This document shows positions 1 to 13,816 of a stretch of DNA of 63,705 bases, one piece after another. Position 1 is the stretch's first letter. The number at the start of each line of letters is the position of its first letter. The notes beneath the pieces are model-generated. The model was not told the origin of the DNA, searched no databases, and was given only the letters and a program-made list of their open reading frames with translations. Position numbers and translations under genes: made by a program. Source of the stretch: Octopus bimaculoides (Eukaryota); the NCBI RefSeq assembly GCF_001194135.2, contig NC_068984.1, positions 3,682,472-3,746,176 of the forward strand, read 5' to 3'.

Positions 1-1417
1 TATGTGTATTTCTTCTATCTTAATGAATAAAAATTCTTCTGATAGAATAAATGGGTTAATAGAAAACCAATGTAGCAAAGAACACAAAATAACTGTGGTT
101 TAGTTCCTGTTCTTAAGGCAGGAACTCCTTGAAATTTTGGGTATTTGAGTATATTTAAGAATTTAAGGAATGGAGAAAACGCATGTTATAATTGCATACT
201 TTATTCCTACATATGTTTCAAAGGATTACAACCTGTGTGATCCATAGGGATCTTTGATATTAAAATTGTAAACTTCTCATCAGGGAAAGCATGGGAATAG
301 AGAGAGAGAGAGAGAGAGAGAGATACACACACACACACATAAATATGCATATTCATACATATACACACACATAATTGTAGAGATTTCATTCCATAAGAAA
401 CAAGCAAGACCACAGTAACAGTAAAGTAGTCCATACATTGTGTAGAAGGCTATTTACGTGTTTGTCTCTTTAATGATCGTTGACTCAAACAAGACTAGTA
501 CTGTTACATTGTGAGGAATTTTTCATCAGAGAGTCAAATATCTATGGTGGTTGTTCTTTTATAAAGGAGGTTTTGGAGGAGATCAGTTGTGGGTGTGGTC
601 AATTTGTCTAGAAAAATACTTTGAAGGCAGGTAGTTATTAAATAATTTTGGGATTGTAAAAAGGAGGTGAAGGGTTTAGTGCTAAATGAGTTCAATAAGA
701 AGTGAGTGTAAGCAGAATGAAAATAATTTGAAAGAATCTTTGAAGTGAATTGGTAATTGATAAATAGCTAAGTAAAACTGTAAGTGAAAAACTAAATAAT
801 TAATAAAAAGAGAGAGATAAAATGTGAAAGAAAACTTAAAATATGTAGATAAATAACAACTAAACAAACAAGAAAATGAATAAATAATGAGATAATGAGA
901 TAAATAATAAGATAAAAATATATCAGGCAGATAAATAAATGAGAGGATGAAAACAAATGAAAAGTATGTTGAGGAGTAACAAGTATATGAAAAAACAGTT
1001 TGGTGAGAGGTCCGAGAGGTCCAAGCGAGTAGGACTATAGTAAATGGTTGGATATACCAAGAAGTTTAGTGATCCCAAATTATGCTATTTGGGTGAGGAG
1101 GTATTTTTATTTATTTGTTCTTTAATCAAAATTTTGTTGTTCAACAGAATCCAGGATAGGTGACTGACAATAGTTTTGGTTTCAGGTTGAGAAAAATAGC
1201 GAATAAGAGAACGGAACTTAAGTATAGCACAAGGAATGGTCAATATAGAGAACTAGCTTGTTGGATGGATCAATTCTTCAAGTGGAAGTTGGTAAATGAA
1301 TAACAGAGAAATACATGAGCAGACAAAATAAAAAAGCAGAGGAAATAACTAAATAAAATAATACTGAATTAATAATGAAAATGGATTGAAAATGCACAAG
1401 GCTAGAGAGGCAGCAGC

Positions 1418-1450
<33 letters not shown>

Positions 1451-1464
1451 TGTTGGAGTAGTAG

Positions 1465-1680
1465 TGGTCCTTTCTACTATTGACACAAGGACCTGGTATT
1501 TGGGGGGGCGGGGTAGTTGATTTTGTTGATGCCAGTAATTGCCTAGTACTTATTTTATTGATCCCGAAAGGATGAAATGCAAAGTTAACCTCAGCAGTGT
1601 TTGAACTCAGAACATAAAGCCAGGGGAAATATCACAAACCATTTTGTCCAATGTGCCAACAATTCCATCAGCTCACAGCC
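1465..1680 (-). mobile_element. Family A SINE
   Basis: Reverse complement of the family A body, followed on the minus strand by an (ACT)n tract. Confidence 0.75.
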
Positions 1681-2634
1681 CCAACAATAACAACAAGAAT
1701 AGTCTCACATTTTGACAAAAGGTCAAAAACTTTAGGAGTGGTGGAGTAGTCAATGATATTGACCCCTAATGTTCAACAGAGGGTATGTTTTTTTTTCCAG
1801 AGTTCTAAAAATGGTATGATCATAAAAGAGATGTCGTTGAGAACCAACAGACAAACAAAACATTTATACCTAAACAGTTTTTGTTTAATGATTGAGTCCA
1901 GAGGTGCATTGATTAATCAATGTTGCTTGTATATTTGATACAAGAATGAGAGACAAAAACCAAGACAAACTCCAGAGAATTTGGAATGGCCATGAAGTTG
2001 TCATTAACTAATTGTAACAATAACGATAGGAAAAGTTGCAAGAAGTTTGAATTGTAGGTTCAAGGAGATTAAATAATACTGAGATGAGTTTCCTGACCAT
2101 ACCAAATCAGACAGGAGCCTGGTGCAGCCTTCCAGCCTTGCCAGCCCTGGTCAAACTGTTCAACCCATGCCAGCTTGGACAACGGACGTTAATTGATGAT
2201 AATGATGATTCGAGTGTATATATATACATCATCATCATCGTTTAATGTCCGCTTTCCATGCTAGCATGGGTTGGACGACTTGACTGAGGACTGGTGAAAC
2301 CGGATGGCAACACCAGGCTCCAATCTAAATTTGGCAGAGTTTCTACAGCTGGATGCCCTTCCTAACGCCATACATATATATATATATATANNNNNNNNNN
2401 NNNNNNNNNNNNNNNNNNNNNNNNNNNNNNNNNNNNNNNNNNNNNNNNNNNNNNNNNNNNNNNNNNNNNNNNNNNNNNNNNNNNNNNNNNNNNNNNNNNN
2501 NNNNNNNNNNNNNNNNNNNNNNNNNNNNNNNNNNNNNNNNNNNNNNNNNNNNNNNNNNNNNNNNNNNNNNNNNNNNNNNNNNNNNNNNNNNNNNNNNNNN
2601 NNNNNNNNNNNNNNNNNNNNNNNNNNNNNNNNNN

Positions 2635-2680
<46 letters not shown>

Positions 2681-3046
2681 CATCATCAACCTCTCTGATG
2701 AAGATATATTTTTCCTTTCCATCCTGATGAAGAGTCCATTACTGATTTGGTGCTTTAATGTGTGATAGATTGCAGCAGTGGCTCTTGAAATGGCCGAAGA
2801 CGTGGATTTATTCTTACATTATTCTGGATTCCTTTTTCTTTCAGATTCGACAATGGATGCTATCCCAGATTCACTTTACATTTAATAGTCTAACTATATT
2901 ATTTTTCATCACCTCGCATATACATTCATATTTTCTTCATATATTTTGTCTTCATGTACTTTTTAACAAGTTCACACACGTTTTTTTTTATACGTGTATA
3001 TATATATATATATATATATAACAGTCTGTTATAGTCTGTCAGATGT

Positions 3047-3091
3047 AGGCCATGATGAATACCACAAGGTATTGAAAATACGTATTCGCCT
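3047..3091 (+). ncRNA. Minimal type I hammerhead-ribozyme-like motif (one-nucleotide register deviation)
   Basis: The sequence parses as AGGC-CATGATGA-ATACC(acaa)GGTAT-T-GAAA-ATACGTAT-TC-GCCT. Confidence 0.5.
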
Positions 3092-3482
3092 TTATATATT
3101 TAATTCTTTATATTGAACACTCAATATTTCATATATTCAATAAGACATATTCCATATATTCAATAAGACATTCAATACTTCATTTCATTGTACCATCCAT
3201 TTTTATATTATATATTATATATTCCATATTCTATATCCCACATTAATTTTACAAGAATATAAATAAAACATAAAAAACAGAGTTGGAACTCTTTTNNNNN
3301 NNNNNNNNNNNNNNNNNNNNNNNNNNNNNNNNNNNNNNNNNNNNNNNNNNNNNNNNNNNNNNNNNNNNNNNNNNNNNNNNNNNNNNNNNNNNNNNNNNNN
3401 NNNNNNNNNNNNNNNNNNNNNNNNNNNNNNNNNNNNNNNNNNNNNNNNNNNNNNNNNNNNNNNNNNNNNNNNNNNNNNNNNN

Positions 3483-3653
3483 AGCCCCAGGAGGACATCT
3501 CCTCCAGCTGGCTTATCGACACACTACTGTGTCCTGTTTGCCAAGGGAAGTTATCCCTCCCATCATGATCTGTAGGGAGGGATAACTTCCCTTGGCAAAC
3601 AGGACACAGTAGTGTGTCAATAAGCCAGCTGGAGGAGATGTCCTCCTGGGGCT
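3483..3653. repeat. 79-bp-arm inverted repeat with 13-nt spacer
   Basis: Arms are 3483-3561 and 3575-3653, with one mismatch. Confidence 0.97.
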
Positions 3654-4191
3654 AAAAGCAACAGTAACATCCACCCCTAGGGGTCAGCCACACTTAAGTG
3701 GCAATATAGTACACTTTATCGTGCAGTTACTGTTAATACTTCATTTAGAGAATTAACATTGCTAATATATATATATATATATGTATGTATATTTTTATAC
3801 CTTCGGGCTTTGTGTGCTAAACACCCTGGTATTTTAATATGTAATTATATTCTACGGTGTGAATATATGGGGGTCATTTGAAGTTGTTTGACCAATTATG
3901 TTGTTTATATTTTAACCACTAAGTTTGTCTTTTGTCTCAGTTTTTACTTGAGCACTTCCCTTTGCAGCCTTGTACTTAATTTACTTTTCGATTCCTATAA
4001 GGAAAAACAGAATTTTAGATTATATATTTTGTGACTTCACACAAACACACACACACACACACACACACATACACTGATATATACATTATATATATACACA
4101 CACACACAAATAAATATATACATACATACACATATACATAGATATATATAGATACACACACACACACCTACTTACCTACATATAATACATG

Positions 4192-4227
<36 letters not shown>

Positions 4228-4444
4228 TGCATAGATATATATATACACAAACACACACACACACACCTACCTACCTACCTACCTACATATAATACATATA
4301 TATACATTTATATATATACATTTATATATATATACATTTTATACATCATCATCATCGTTTAATGTTCATTTTCCATGTAGGCACGAGTTGGATGATTTGA
4401 CAGGAGACAGACTGCTGGAGAGCTGTCCAGGATCCAACTGTTTG

Positions 4445-4485
<41 letters not shown>

Positions 4486-5091
4486 GGCATACTCAACTTA
4501 CATTGCTTTGTGTTATGTCTTTTTTTGACTAGGACCAAATTTTTAAAGAAATTATGAAAAAAGCCAAAACTTCAAGTTAGCCATTTTATCTGATTTCATG
4601 TTAATATCAATGAATACATATAAAAACATAATTTTAAAAAAGCACCAAAAAAACCAATACTGAAGTGAAAGAATCAAATTATAATAGAGATGAAAATATG
4701 CAAAAAAGTATTTCTTAAAACAGATATAAGCTAATAAATTAAAATAAAACTTTTTTTTTTTTGTGTATTACATTGTTTTTTTTTTTTCAAGTTAGCTCAC
4801 ATGTCTTGGAACGAAATACTGATAGAAGTTGGGGTGTGTCTATCTATATACACACTTTTATTTGTGTGTGTATGTGAAAGCTTATGCACTTAAGATAAAA
4901 AAGTAATCGGTCATAAGTCGTGAAAGTCACTGTCGCTATAATTATATCATCATCATCATTTAACATCTTCTTTCCATGCTTGCATGGGTCAAATGGTTTG
5001 ACAGGAACTGGCAAGTCGCAAGGCTATACCAAGCTGTACTGCCTGCTTTGGCATGGTTCGCATGGTTGGATGCCCTTCATATATATACATA

Positions 5092-5474
5092 CTTATTCTT
5101 TTATTTGTTTCAGTCATTTGACTGTGGCCATGCTGGAGCACCGCCTTGAAGGGTTTTAGTCGAACAAATTGACTCCAGGACTTATTCTTTGTAAACCTAG
5201 TACTTATGCTATTGGTCTCTCTTTTGCTGAACCGGTAAGTTATGGGGACATAAACACACCAGCGTCGGTTGTCAAGCAATGTTGGGAGGACAAACAGACA
5301 CACAAGCACACACACACATATATGATGGGCTTCTTTCAGTTTCCGTCTACCAAATCCATTCGCAAAGCTTTAGTCAGCTCGAGACTATAGTATAAGACAC
5401 TTTCCCAAGGTGCCATGCAGTGGGACTGAACCTGGAACCATGTGGTTGGTAAGCAAGCTACTTACCATACAGTC
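5092..5474 (-). mobile_element. tRNA-derived SINE family B with internal microsatellite
   Basis: The minus strand reads ctgtatggtaagtagcttgct...ggttcagtcccactgc...accttgggaaagtgtctt...gaaagaagccc-(TA/TG)n-...ccagcatggccacagtcaaatgactgaaacaaataaaag. Confidence 0.85.
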
Positions 5475-7523
5475 AGAAAGCCTAATGAGTATTGTTTGGC
5501 TATAGCTAACTCAACATCTCAATACAGAACAAAGTCTACAGGAGGAAATTTACTTCAGCACAGACACATATACACTCATCCAAAATAAACAACGAGTTTA
5601 AGCTTATTGACTTCTTTTTTACATAATATTTTCTTTTCCTTTTTCCTTTCTTCCTTCCATATTGATTTTTAAAAAAAATTTTCTGATTATTTCAAATTTA
5701 TTTACCATTATTTCTGTGACTGCAATAGACTGTTTAGGGAACAACTCATTTCTAGGATCAAAGAGCCATGATCCAAAATAGAAATGGAAAGTGGTACCCC
5801 TACTCCCACCCCGTCAACAATTTGTAAAATTTTGCTGAATAAACAAAGGGTCTGGTGACTGCTGCTCAAGACATGAAATTTAAAATTACCCATAATTCAT
5901 AGTTTGCATTATCATACATGCATAAATATGTACATACAGGTGTGTGTGTGTATGCGTTTATATATATGTATATATATATAAACACACACACATGCATGTG
6001 TATGTATCATCATCATTGATTTAACACACACTTGCCCATGCTTGCATGGGGCAGACAGAATTCACTGAAATAGATTTTCTATGGCTGGGAATCACACAAC
6101 CCTCACCTGTTTCCAGGCAAGATGATATTTCCCCATCATCGGACATGTTTTCAGGAAAGACTGGAAACAAGGGTCTCTGTTTGTAGGGCAGTGACACTTA
6201 TCCTATGATATCAAACCATCTACCCTCTAATATCAAATTGGAAGCACATGTCCCAGTGGTTAGAATGTTAGACTCTTCATCATAAGGTTGTAGGTTCAAT
6301 TCCTGGACCAAGCAATGTGTTGTGTTCTCAAGCAAAACACTTCATTTCATGTTGCTCCAGTCCACTCAGCTGGTAAACATGAGCAATCCTGCAAGGGACT
6401 GGTGTCCCATCCAGGGAGAAATATACATACATCAGAGAAGCTGGGAAACTGACCTTATAGTTCTAACAGATAATGTGGGCCAACCCAATATCGAACCTAG
6501 GACACACACACACAACTTTGGTTGACTCAGAAAACACTTGTCTAGTGTGTTATGCTGTGGGATTGAACATGAGAATATGTGGTTATGGAGCAAACTTCTC
6601 AAACACAGCTTCATCTGTACCTATACACCCACACACATTTATATGAACATTTATATACATTGTACATTTACATACATATACACATGAACATATGCAAGCA
6701 TATAACACACACATATACACACGTACGTACATACATATATTCAATTTACATGACTAAGTTTACATGTATACAACATGAGTATAAAATGTTCCATTATGTG
6801 TTGAATCCACATAAATCAACATGAATATTTTATATTTAAACACTCTTTTCAAAATGAAAACTCAGAGAAGTTATGCAATAAGGAAGAAGTCAAGAAAATA
6901 GTGTAGAAGCGGTGTTATTGTCAATAATTGATTTATTTCTAAATACAGATGTAGTGAAGAAACATTTCCTATAGCTTGCCAATAATGTTTACTGGCAAAT
7001 GTTGATAGTATTCGGAGACAGTAGGCTGTATGTATTGGCAAGGTGAATATATTGAAACATCTAAGTTACGATTCAACGATATACCAGGCAACAAATGCTG
7101 TTTGGAAAGACCATCACGAGTTTGATGCATTCACACACACACACACACATATATATATACATACACATGCATAGATATGTGTGTGTAGACATATTTGATG
7201 CATTCATACACATACATACATACATACATACACACACACATCTAAATACAGAGATACATACAAGCACATGGATATAAGAATACATGTGCACACATGAACA
7301 CACACACACACACACACACGCACACACACACCTGAACACACACACACGCATGCACACACACACACACACACGCATGCACACACACACACACACACACACA
7401 CTGGTATGATGTTTGTAACATTTCTAAATATATTTTCCTCAGATAGGAGGTTAGAATGAAAAATTGCTCCAGTTTTCAGAAAATAAGCCAAAAATGAATA
7501 CTTGGTTTTTCTTCAGCTCTGTA

Positions 7524-7556
<33 letters not shown>

Positions 7557-8073
7557 TGCTGCCACCAAGAAGGCAGCTTTTATAGTGTTGCTCAACCTGA
7601 TAAAAATAACAACCAAATCTCCCTTGAATTCACATCACACTTTCATTAGAAAGGAAACACATATAGGACAATTTCGAAGCAGATACAAAAGAGGCAGGAT
7701 GGTCATAGCTGGAATGTCATTGATCATTGTTCTGCTCAATAAAGTCTGATCTGCAGCTTAACAATACATCATATAGTGACCTACAGCTGACAAATATCTA
7801 AAATACATCCACCTATGGATTCCTGAAACCAAACAATAATCATTTGAGGGGAAACATATTGCCAGACACAGGAAGCAGGAATCAGCACGAACCACTACCT
7901 CTGCATCATCAGCAATAAGATGTTCAACTGGTAACAGTGTAAAATTAGCATTGCGCATCTGTAAACCTGTGGGTGTAAAGATTTAATAAATGGACAAAAT
8001 TTACATTCTAAGAGTAGAAACTACAAATATATTACATCAAAAGAAAGAATAAATGAATGAGTTATGAAATAGG

Positions 8074-8104
<31 letters not shown>

Positions 8105-11100
8105 TGTTAATACAAAGATCGGAATTTCATACCTCCACTTGACACTAAGTCGTCATCATGTTTTGATGCAAATATTTCCAACTCTTCACTCATTTCCCAT
8201 TTCCATCTAATCAGTTATTTAATCAGAAGAGAATCCCCTTCATCCCATGTCATGCTATGACCAGTTAAGCTGGACACTTCCAAACTATTTTGGCAGTCAA
8301 CCAGAAGTAATATTTGAACAGTGCACAATGTTTATAGATTAGAAGACTTGGATAATAATTAGCCTGGTGTCACTTGTGAGACTGAGTTGTGTTTTGATAT
8401 GATCACTCAGCAATGAGATCATCTATTTAGCTGAACATTTGAAAACTTCTTCCTTACAATATATTAAGAGGCATCATCATCTTATTAATTAATCCTTTAA
8501 TATTCCATTGGAAATATCTCTTCGGTTTCCTTCTGACATTTCAGCCAATAATTTGGGACTTTATGGATGAAAATGTCTCAGGCTCTCAGTCACCCACTGA
8601 ATTCTTCCCAGCCTTGACCCTAAACAAGTGGGATTTGAGCAACAACAACTGAGGGCAGTAAATAAAGTCCCCATTGTATGACCAGAAAAACTGGCCAAAC
8701 TCTTTGGCCGATCAAATGACAAAGTCACAATTCATAAAACACCAATGAAAATTACATGTTTCCACAGATAAAACACAAAGCAATACATGAATTCAATGAA
8801 AGAATGGATTAAATATCAGCATAAGGCAAGTCAATATTAAACATTCTTGACATTGAAACTAAAATGACTCATCTTCAAACAGAACTCAACCAATCCTTAT
8901 TATATTCACAAGTGAAATACAACAATTGCTGGGTTTTATTTGTGTTCTTGTCTCTGACACCCACCACACCAATGAGTTCCCAATAGCTTTAAATATTTTT
9001 TGACAATTCAGAAAAAAGGTTCCATTTTCAGTTTCTATAACATTTAACATTTAAATTTTTAATTTTTCTTTGTTTCTTTCCTGAATTAATATGATTTTTA
9101 TTTTCCTGATGTTTAATCAGCATTCACATGAGAGCAACACTTAATGTTGTCCTGTCTCTTGGGCTGATTCTTTTAGATTAACACTTAATTGCAGTGTTTA
9201 ATTAACATTTTGACATGTGACTTGTTAGCAGATTGTTTGTCCTGTATGTAGTATCTACCACAATAGTGAATTCAAAAGCAACATTAGATGCTGTGTCTGT
9301 TTTACATCATGAATGTTATGCTCTGTGGCTGGACAGTTGTCTGGAAACATGAAAAGAAACCATGTACAGGTGCTTCCTTGATGGATGTTTCATACAACAA
9401 GCTGACAGGAACACAAAGCACAGTCAAATGCAACAACTGACATAGAAACAGGTTAGTACATTACCAGTTGACCTTTTTATCAATACTTTAATTACAGGCT
9501 AGCAACAAAGCCTTTTGAGAGTTGTTCCAGTTAATCCTTAAATGATTAATCTAATTATCTAACCAATAGAATGGTCAACCAATTTAATAAACAGCTTCCA
9601 CATAGTCAAATTTAGAGGTCAAATTCTATATTATTCCATAAAATAGTTGTTCAATGAAATGCTTTAATATATTCAATCTGTAAAGTAAATCACTCCCTTA
9701 ATGCACACAGCCTATTAATTAATTTGTATTAAAGCAATTAAACCATATATTACTTAATTCATTAATACAGACACTGTTAATTCAACCTTTAAAATTCAGT
9801 TAATTAATCTTTAATCCTCTTGATTAACAGATTATTTCTTCAAATTATCAGCTTAGACTTTCAGTTAATAACTCCGACAAATGACTACTGATTCTAAAGA
9901 TTCCAAAATCTACAAATGAATGGCTTATTACAATATCATATACGTTTCAATTTTTCTTTTATACATATTATATTCATAGAAATAAAGCATCAAAATCTTG
10001 TGGCTTTTTGACACCCAGTCAAAAAGTTCATCACAGTAATTATGTAAAGAAATACAAGAAAAGGTAACAAATAGTAGAGTTGTCGTTGTTGCTGTTGTTG
10101 TTGTTGTTAATGGTAGTGGTAGTGACAATAGCAGGTTCGTTAAACATTGATTTACAAAACCAATATTACAATATTCTATTAATATTGCACACATATGGAG
10201 GATTGTGACACTGTTAGTTTCTTCTTTGTGGAAAGAAACAAAAAAGTTAGAAAAGAAATAAAAAACAAACAAACAAACAAAACCCCATTATTTACAAACG
10301 AGGAGAAATAATAAACAGCACAAGTAAATCAGTCAGAAATATAAAAGGGTCAAATGTTGTATTGAACCAGCAATATTTCATCAGCAAATTCTAGTTGCCT
10401 TTGGCTCTCCATATTTCTTATTATTGGCGTCGATAATCATTTTTGTCTCTACTTGCAAACATTCCTTGCCAGGTTTCCATGGTCAACATTGACACAGAAT
10501 TCTCAGCAATTTTTATAGATTTCTTTTATTTTTAATTATCATCCGTTAAATCAAGACAAATTTTGTGAACTAATCTAAATCACTCTGAATATTTCCAGAC
10601 ATCCAAACAGAAAATAAGGAAACAGTATTTTGGAGAAACTACAAAATATTTTAACTGGGACAATAAATGTTAATAACCTTTGAAATGACAAACAACATCT
10701 TCCATCTTCCTCAAAAGATGAAAAGAAAGAAAAATTTTCATTGCCAAAACAAAAGTATGCATAAATAAGTACATACATACATACAAGCACGTGTGTATTT
10801 AGAAAGATAGACAGGCAGACATATACATACATACATACATACATACATACATACAGACAGACAGACAGACATGTGTGCATGTGTGTGTGTATGTGTACAT
10901 GTGCATGCATGCCTGCTTCAGGTAGTGGTTCTCAATCAATGGAATTATTGCCTCCAGTTATGGGACCCTCACCCCAGAACTAAAAGCAATTCATTGGCCC
11001 TCCAGTAAGAGGATTGTCCATGTGCAACACAGAGATGCTGCAAATGTTAAGATTCTACCTCCTGAAGAAAGGAATCTAATTTATATTCAGAAAACCTTCA

Positions 11101-11312
11101 AAAGGACTTGTAGCCTAATTATGAGGATAAAGCTGAGTAAATTCCCAAATTAGGCAGCACTGTTCCTCTGATCGGATCAACTGAAACCTTCGTTGTTGTA
11201 ACCAACAGAATGCCAGTTTTATATATAGGTGGGCCAGTGATACGAAACTATAACTAAAAGCAAAACTAAGGTTGCTCCAGCATGACAACAACCAGAAATT
11301 AAAGAATGTATC

Positions 11313-11374
<62 letters not shown>

Positions 11375-12283
11375 GAGAGAGAGAGGAATTATAACATAGA
11401 ACTGCCTTTCCAGCACAAACCCAAAGAAAACCTGTTAAATTCACTCAATTTATTCTGAAGTAACCAGCTCACAGTTGCAAGACAAAAATTTTGACACCCA
11501 AGAAATAAATGAAAAGTGAATTTAACAGTTTTTCTTTGTTTTTTAAATAGTTATTACCTGGTGTTATTATTGCAGTTTTAATGCACTACTTCAGACCATG
11601 TTGTTAGCAAGGCAATTACAATTTACACACACACACACACACAGCCACTGAACCATGGTTTAGCAGCATGCACTGCACCAGGCTTTCACTAATTGATTTA
11701 GGTGTTTCTGTGATTAAGAGCAAACATAAACACCTTCAGCTTCTCCCAGCCTCTAAACCCATGGGAACATTGAGGATGTGACAGCTGGAGCAAAAAAGGG
11801 CTGCACTGAAGTAGAATTAAGTAACTTGCTGAAGGACACAATGTGCTGCTTGATTCAGAAATCAAGTCCAAAACCTAACCACAAGACCATTTGTATCTTT
11901 TGGTTAGGATGCCCAGCTCACAATGGAAAGTTGTCGGTTCAGTTCCTGGGATGGATGATATATTGTGTCTTTCAGCAAAGTACTTCATTACATATTGTTC
12001 CAGTCTACTTCCACTGTAATGATTATCGACTAAGCCACATCTAGAAGGTTTGGCAAAGAGTGGTGAAGCCAAGGAGGAGGGTGTTTATTATCCTCCCTCA
12101 TTAAAAACAATTAGTGCAAGCAACCTAAATGCTAGCAACTCATATTCACTCATGAGTAAAGCGTAGCACTGTATAATGAATGCACACACACACACACACT
12201 CAACACATTTAGTAAGAGTTATTATTTAAAACAGTCTGATTCAGCCTCATACAACTTAAAAGTTTCATAGGCTCATCACAGCT

Positions 12284-12508
12284 ACCTAAGCTCATCAGAC
12301 TCAAGTGGCCCTTTCAATTTTATTCCCCCCCCCCCCACTCAATCCTGTCACTAATCCTTCCCCTTCCCTAGACTTTCTGCTATAAATTCCNNNNNNNNNN
12401 NACCTAAGCTCATCAGACTCAAGTGGCCCTTTCAATTTTATTCCCCCCCCCCCCACTCAATCCTGTCACTAATCCTTCCCCTTCCCTAGACTTTCTGCTA
12501 TAAATTCC
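12284..12508. other. Probable assembly artefact: identical 107-bp sequence on both sides of an 11-N gap
   Basis: 12284-12390 is identical to 12402-12508. Confidence 0.85.
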
Positions 12509-12802
12509 CCACTTCCTCATCATCACTCCATCTAGAATCATTACCCACTCTCTGTCCTTTCAGATATAGGGTCCACTTTAGGTCCTTAACCAAGTTATGA
12601 GGCAACACTCACGAGTAATGGTGTCATTAAATAAACATCCCAAATACACTGTAAAGTGGATGGGTTTAAAAGAGCAATCCAGCCATAGCCACCATGCTGA
12701 AATACAGATTGGTACATTATGCAGTCTCTGACTTGTCAGACACTGCCACACCAACCGACCAACACTAATATGGAAGATAGATGTTAAAAATTGATGAGGA
12801 CA

Positions 12803-12841
<39 letters not shown>

Positions 12842-13320
12842 AGAGAGAGAGAGAAAGGAAGCAAGCATGCTTCACTGGATCTGTAAGGCGAGTGTGAATG
12901 AACAACACGGTTGAGATGAAGTGAGAGGCAAACTGGATACGAGTGGAACAGAGATGACATCATAGGTCTGGACATGTGATGTATGTGGAGCCCAGGTGAG
13001 TACAGAAGTACTAAAAGGGTCAAGTTGAAGGAAACTGTACCAAGAGAAGACCAACGTAGACATAAGCAGATGTGGTGAAAGCTGATTTGAACCTCATACA
13101 GGAGATGATGAAACAATTTCACAAATTGAAAGACACTATATTGGGAAGAACTTGTTCAAACCATGCATGGAAAAATGACCATACAAATGATGAGGATGTA
13201 TGAGTATGTATTTATACACACACACACACACAATATAACGTGTGTGTGTGTGTATCAATATAAATATCTATGCACACACGCACACACACACACGTTACAT
13301 TGAGACATATATACACATGT

Positions 13321-13433
13321 GTGCCATAGTAACTTTATTTCTTGGACTGGTTGGCGCTATAATGTTCAGTTGATAACCATTTCTCTGTTAGTAATATTAA
13401 TAAAATAGCTAGTTACTTGGTTGCCATGGCAAA
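13321..13433. promoter_or_regulatory. Candidate RFX X-box cluster
   Basis: GTTGCCATGGCAAA (13420-13433) matches the palindromic X-box at 13 of 14 positions. GTGCCATAGTAAC lies at 13321-13333. Confidence 0.3.
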
Positions 13434-13602
13434 ATTATAGGTGATAGCATTTACTATATAGTGTGGCCAGTATCTTTGGCTGCCTTAGTAGATAGTATAT
13501 ACTAGCAGTGTGTGAGAACTTGCTAACAAAAGAAATGTATTATGTAGATCTTGAAGTCCTAGCTAGTGATTATAACAACCATATTAGTAAGATTTAACCA
13601 GC

Positions 13603-13656
<54 letters not shown>

Positions 13657-13779
13657 GTCTCAAATTTTTGTACAATGCCAGTAAATTGAAGAGGAGAGTT
13701 TGAACTCACAACATGAAGTGTTAGAAGGAAGGCCACAAAGCATTTTGTCCAATATGCTAATGATTGTGTCAGTTCACTA

Positions 13780-13816
<37 letters not shown>

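Noticed and set aside
480-1320. Faint Penelope/LINE RT-like peptide echoes on the minus strand
   Set aside because: The motifs need several assumed frameshifts and cannot be supported by eye.
2724-2800. CTGATGA...GAAA hammerhead-like pattern
   Set aside because: Stem II is out of register, there is no UH after a stem III, and stem I is poor.
7814-7966. Possible minus-strand exon (MRNANFTLLPVEHLIADDAE)
   Set aside because: The splice sites are ambiguous, I recognise no homology, and no partner exons are visible.
12250-12305. Minus-strand CTGATGA...GAAA-CTTTTAAG-TT pattern
   Set aside because: Stem II does not close next to GAAA and no stem I forms.
12284-12508. Apparent perfect 107-bp tandem duplication
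   Set aside because: The copies are identical and flank a minimal 11-N gap, which is typical of unmerged contig overlap.
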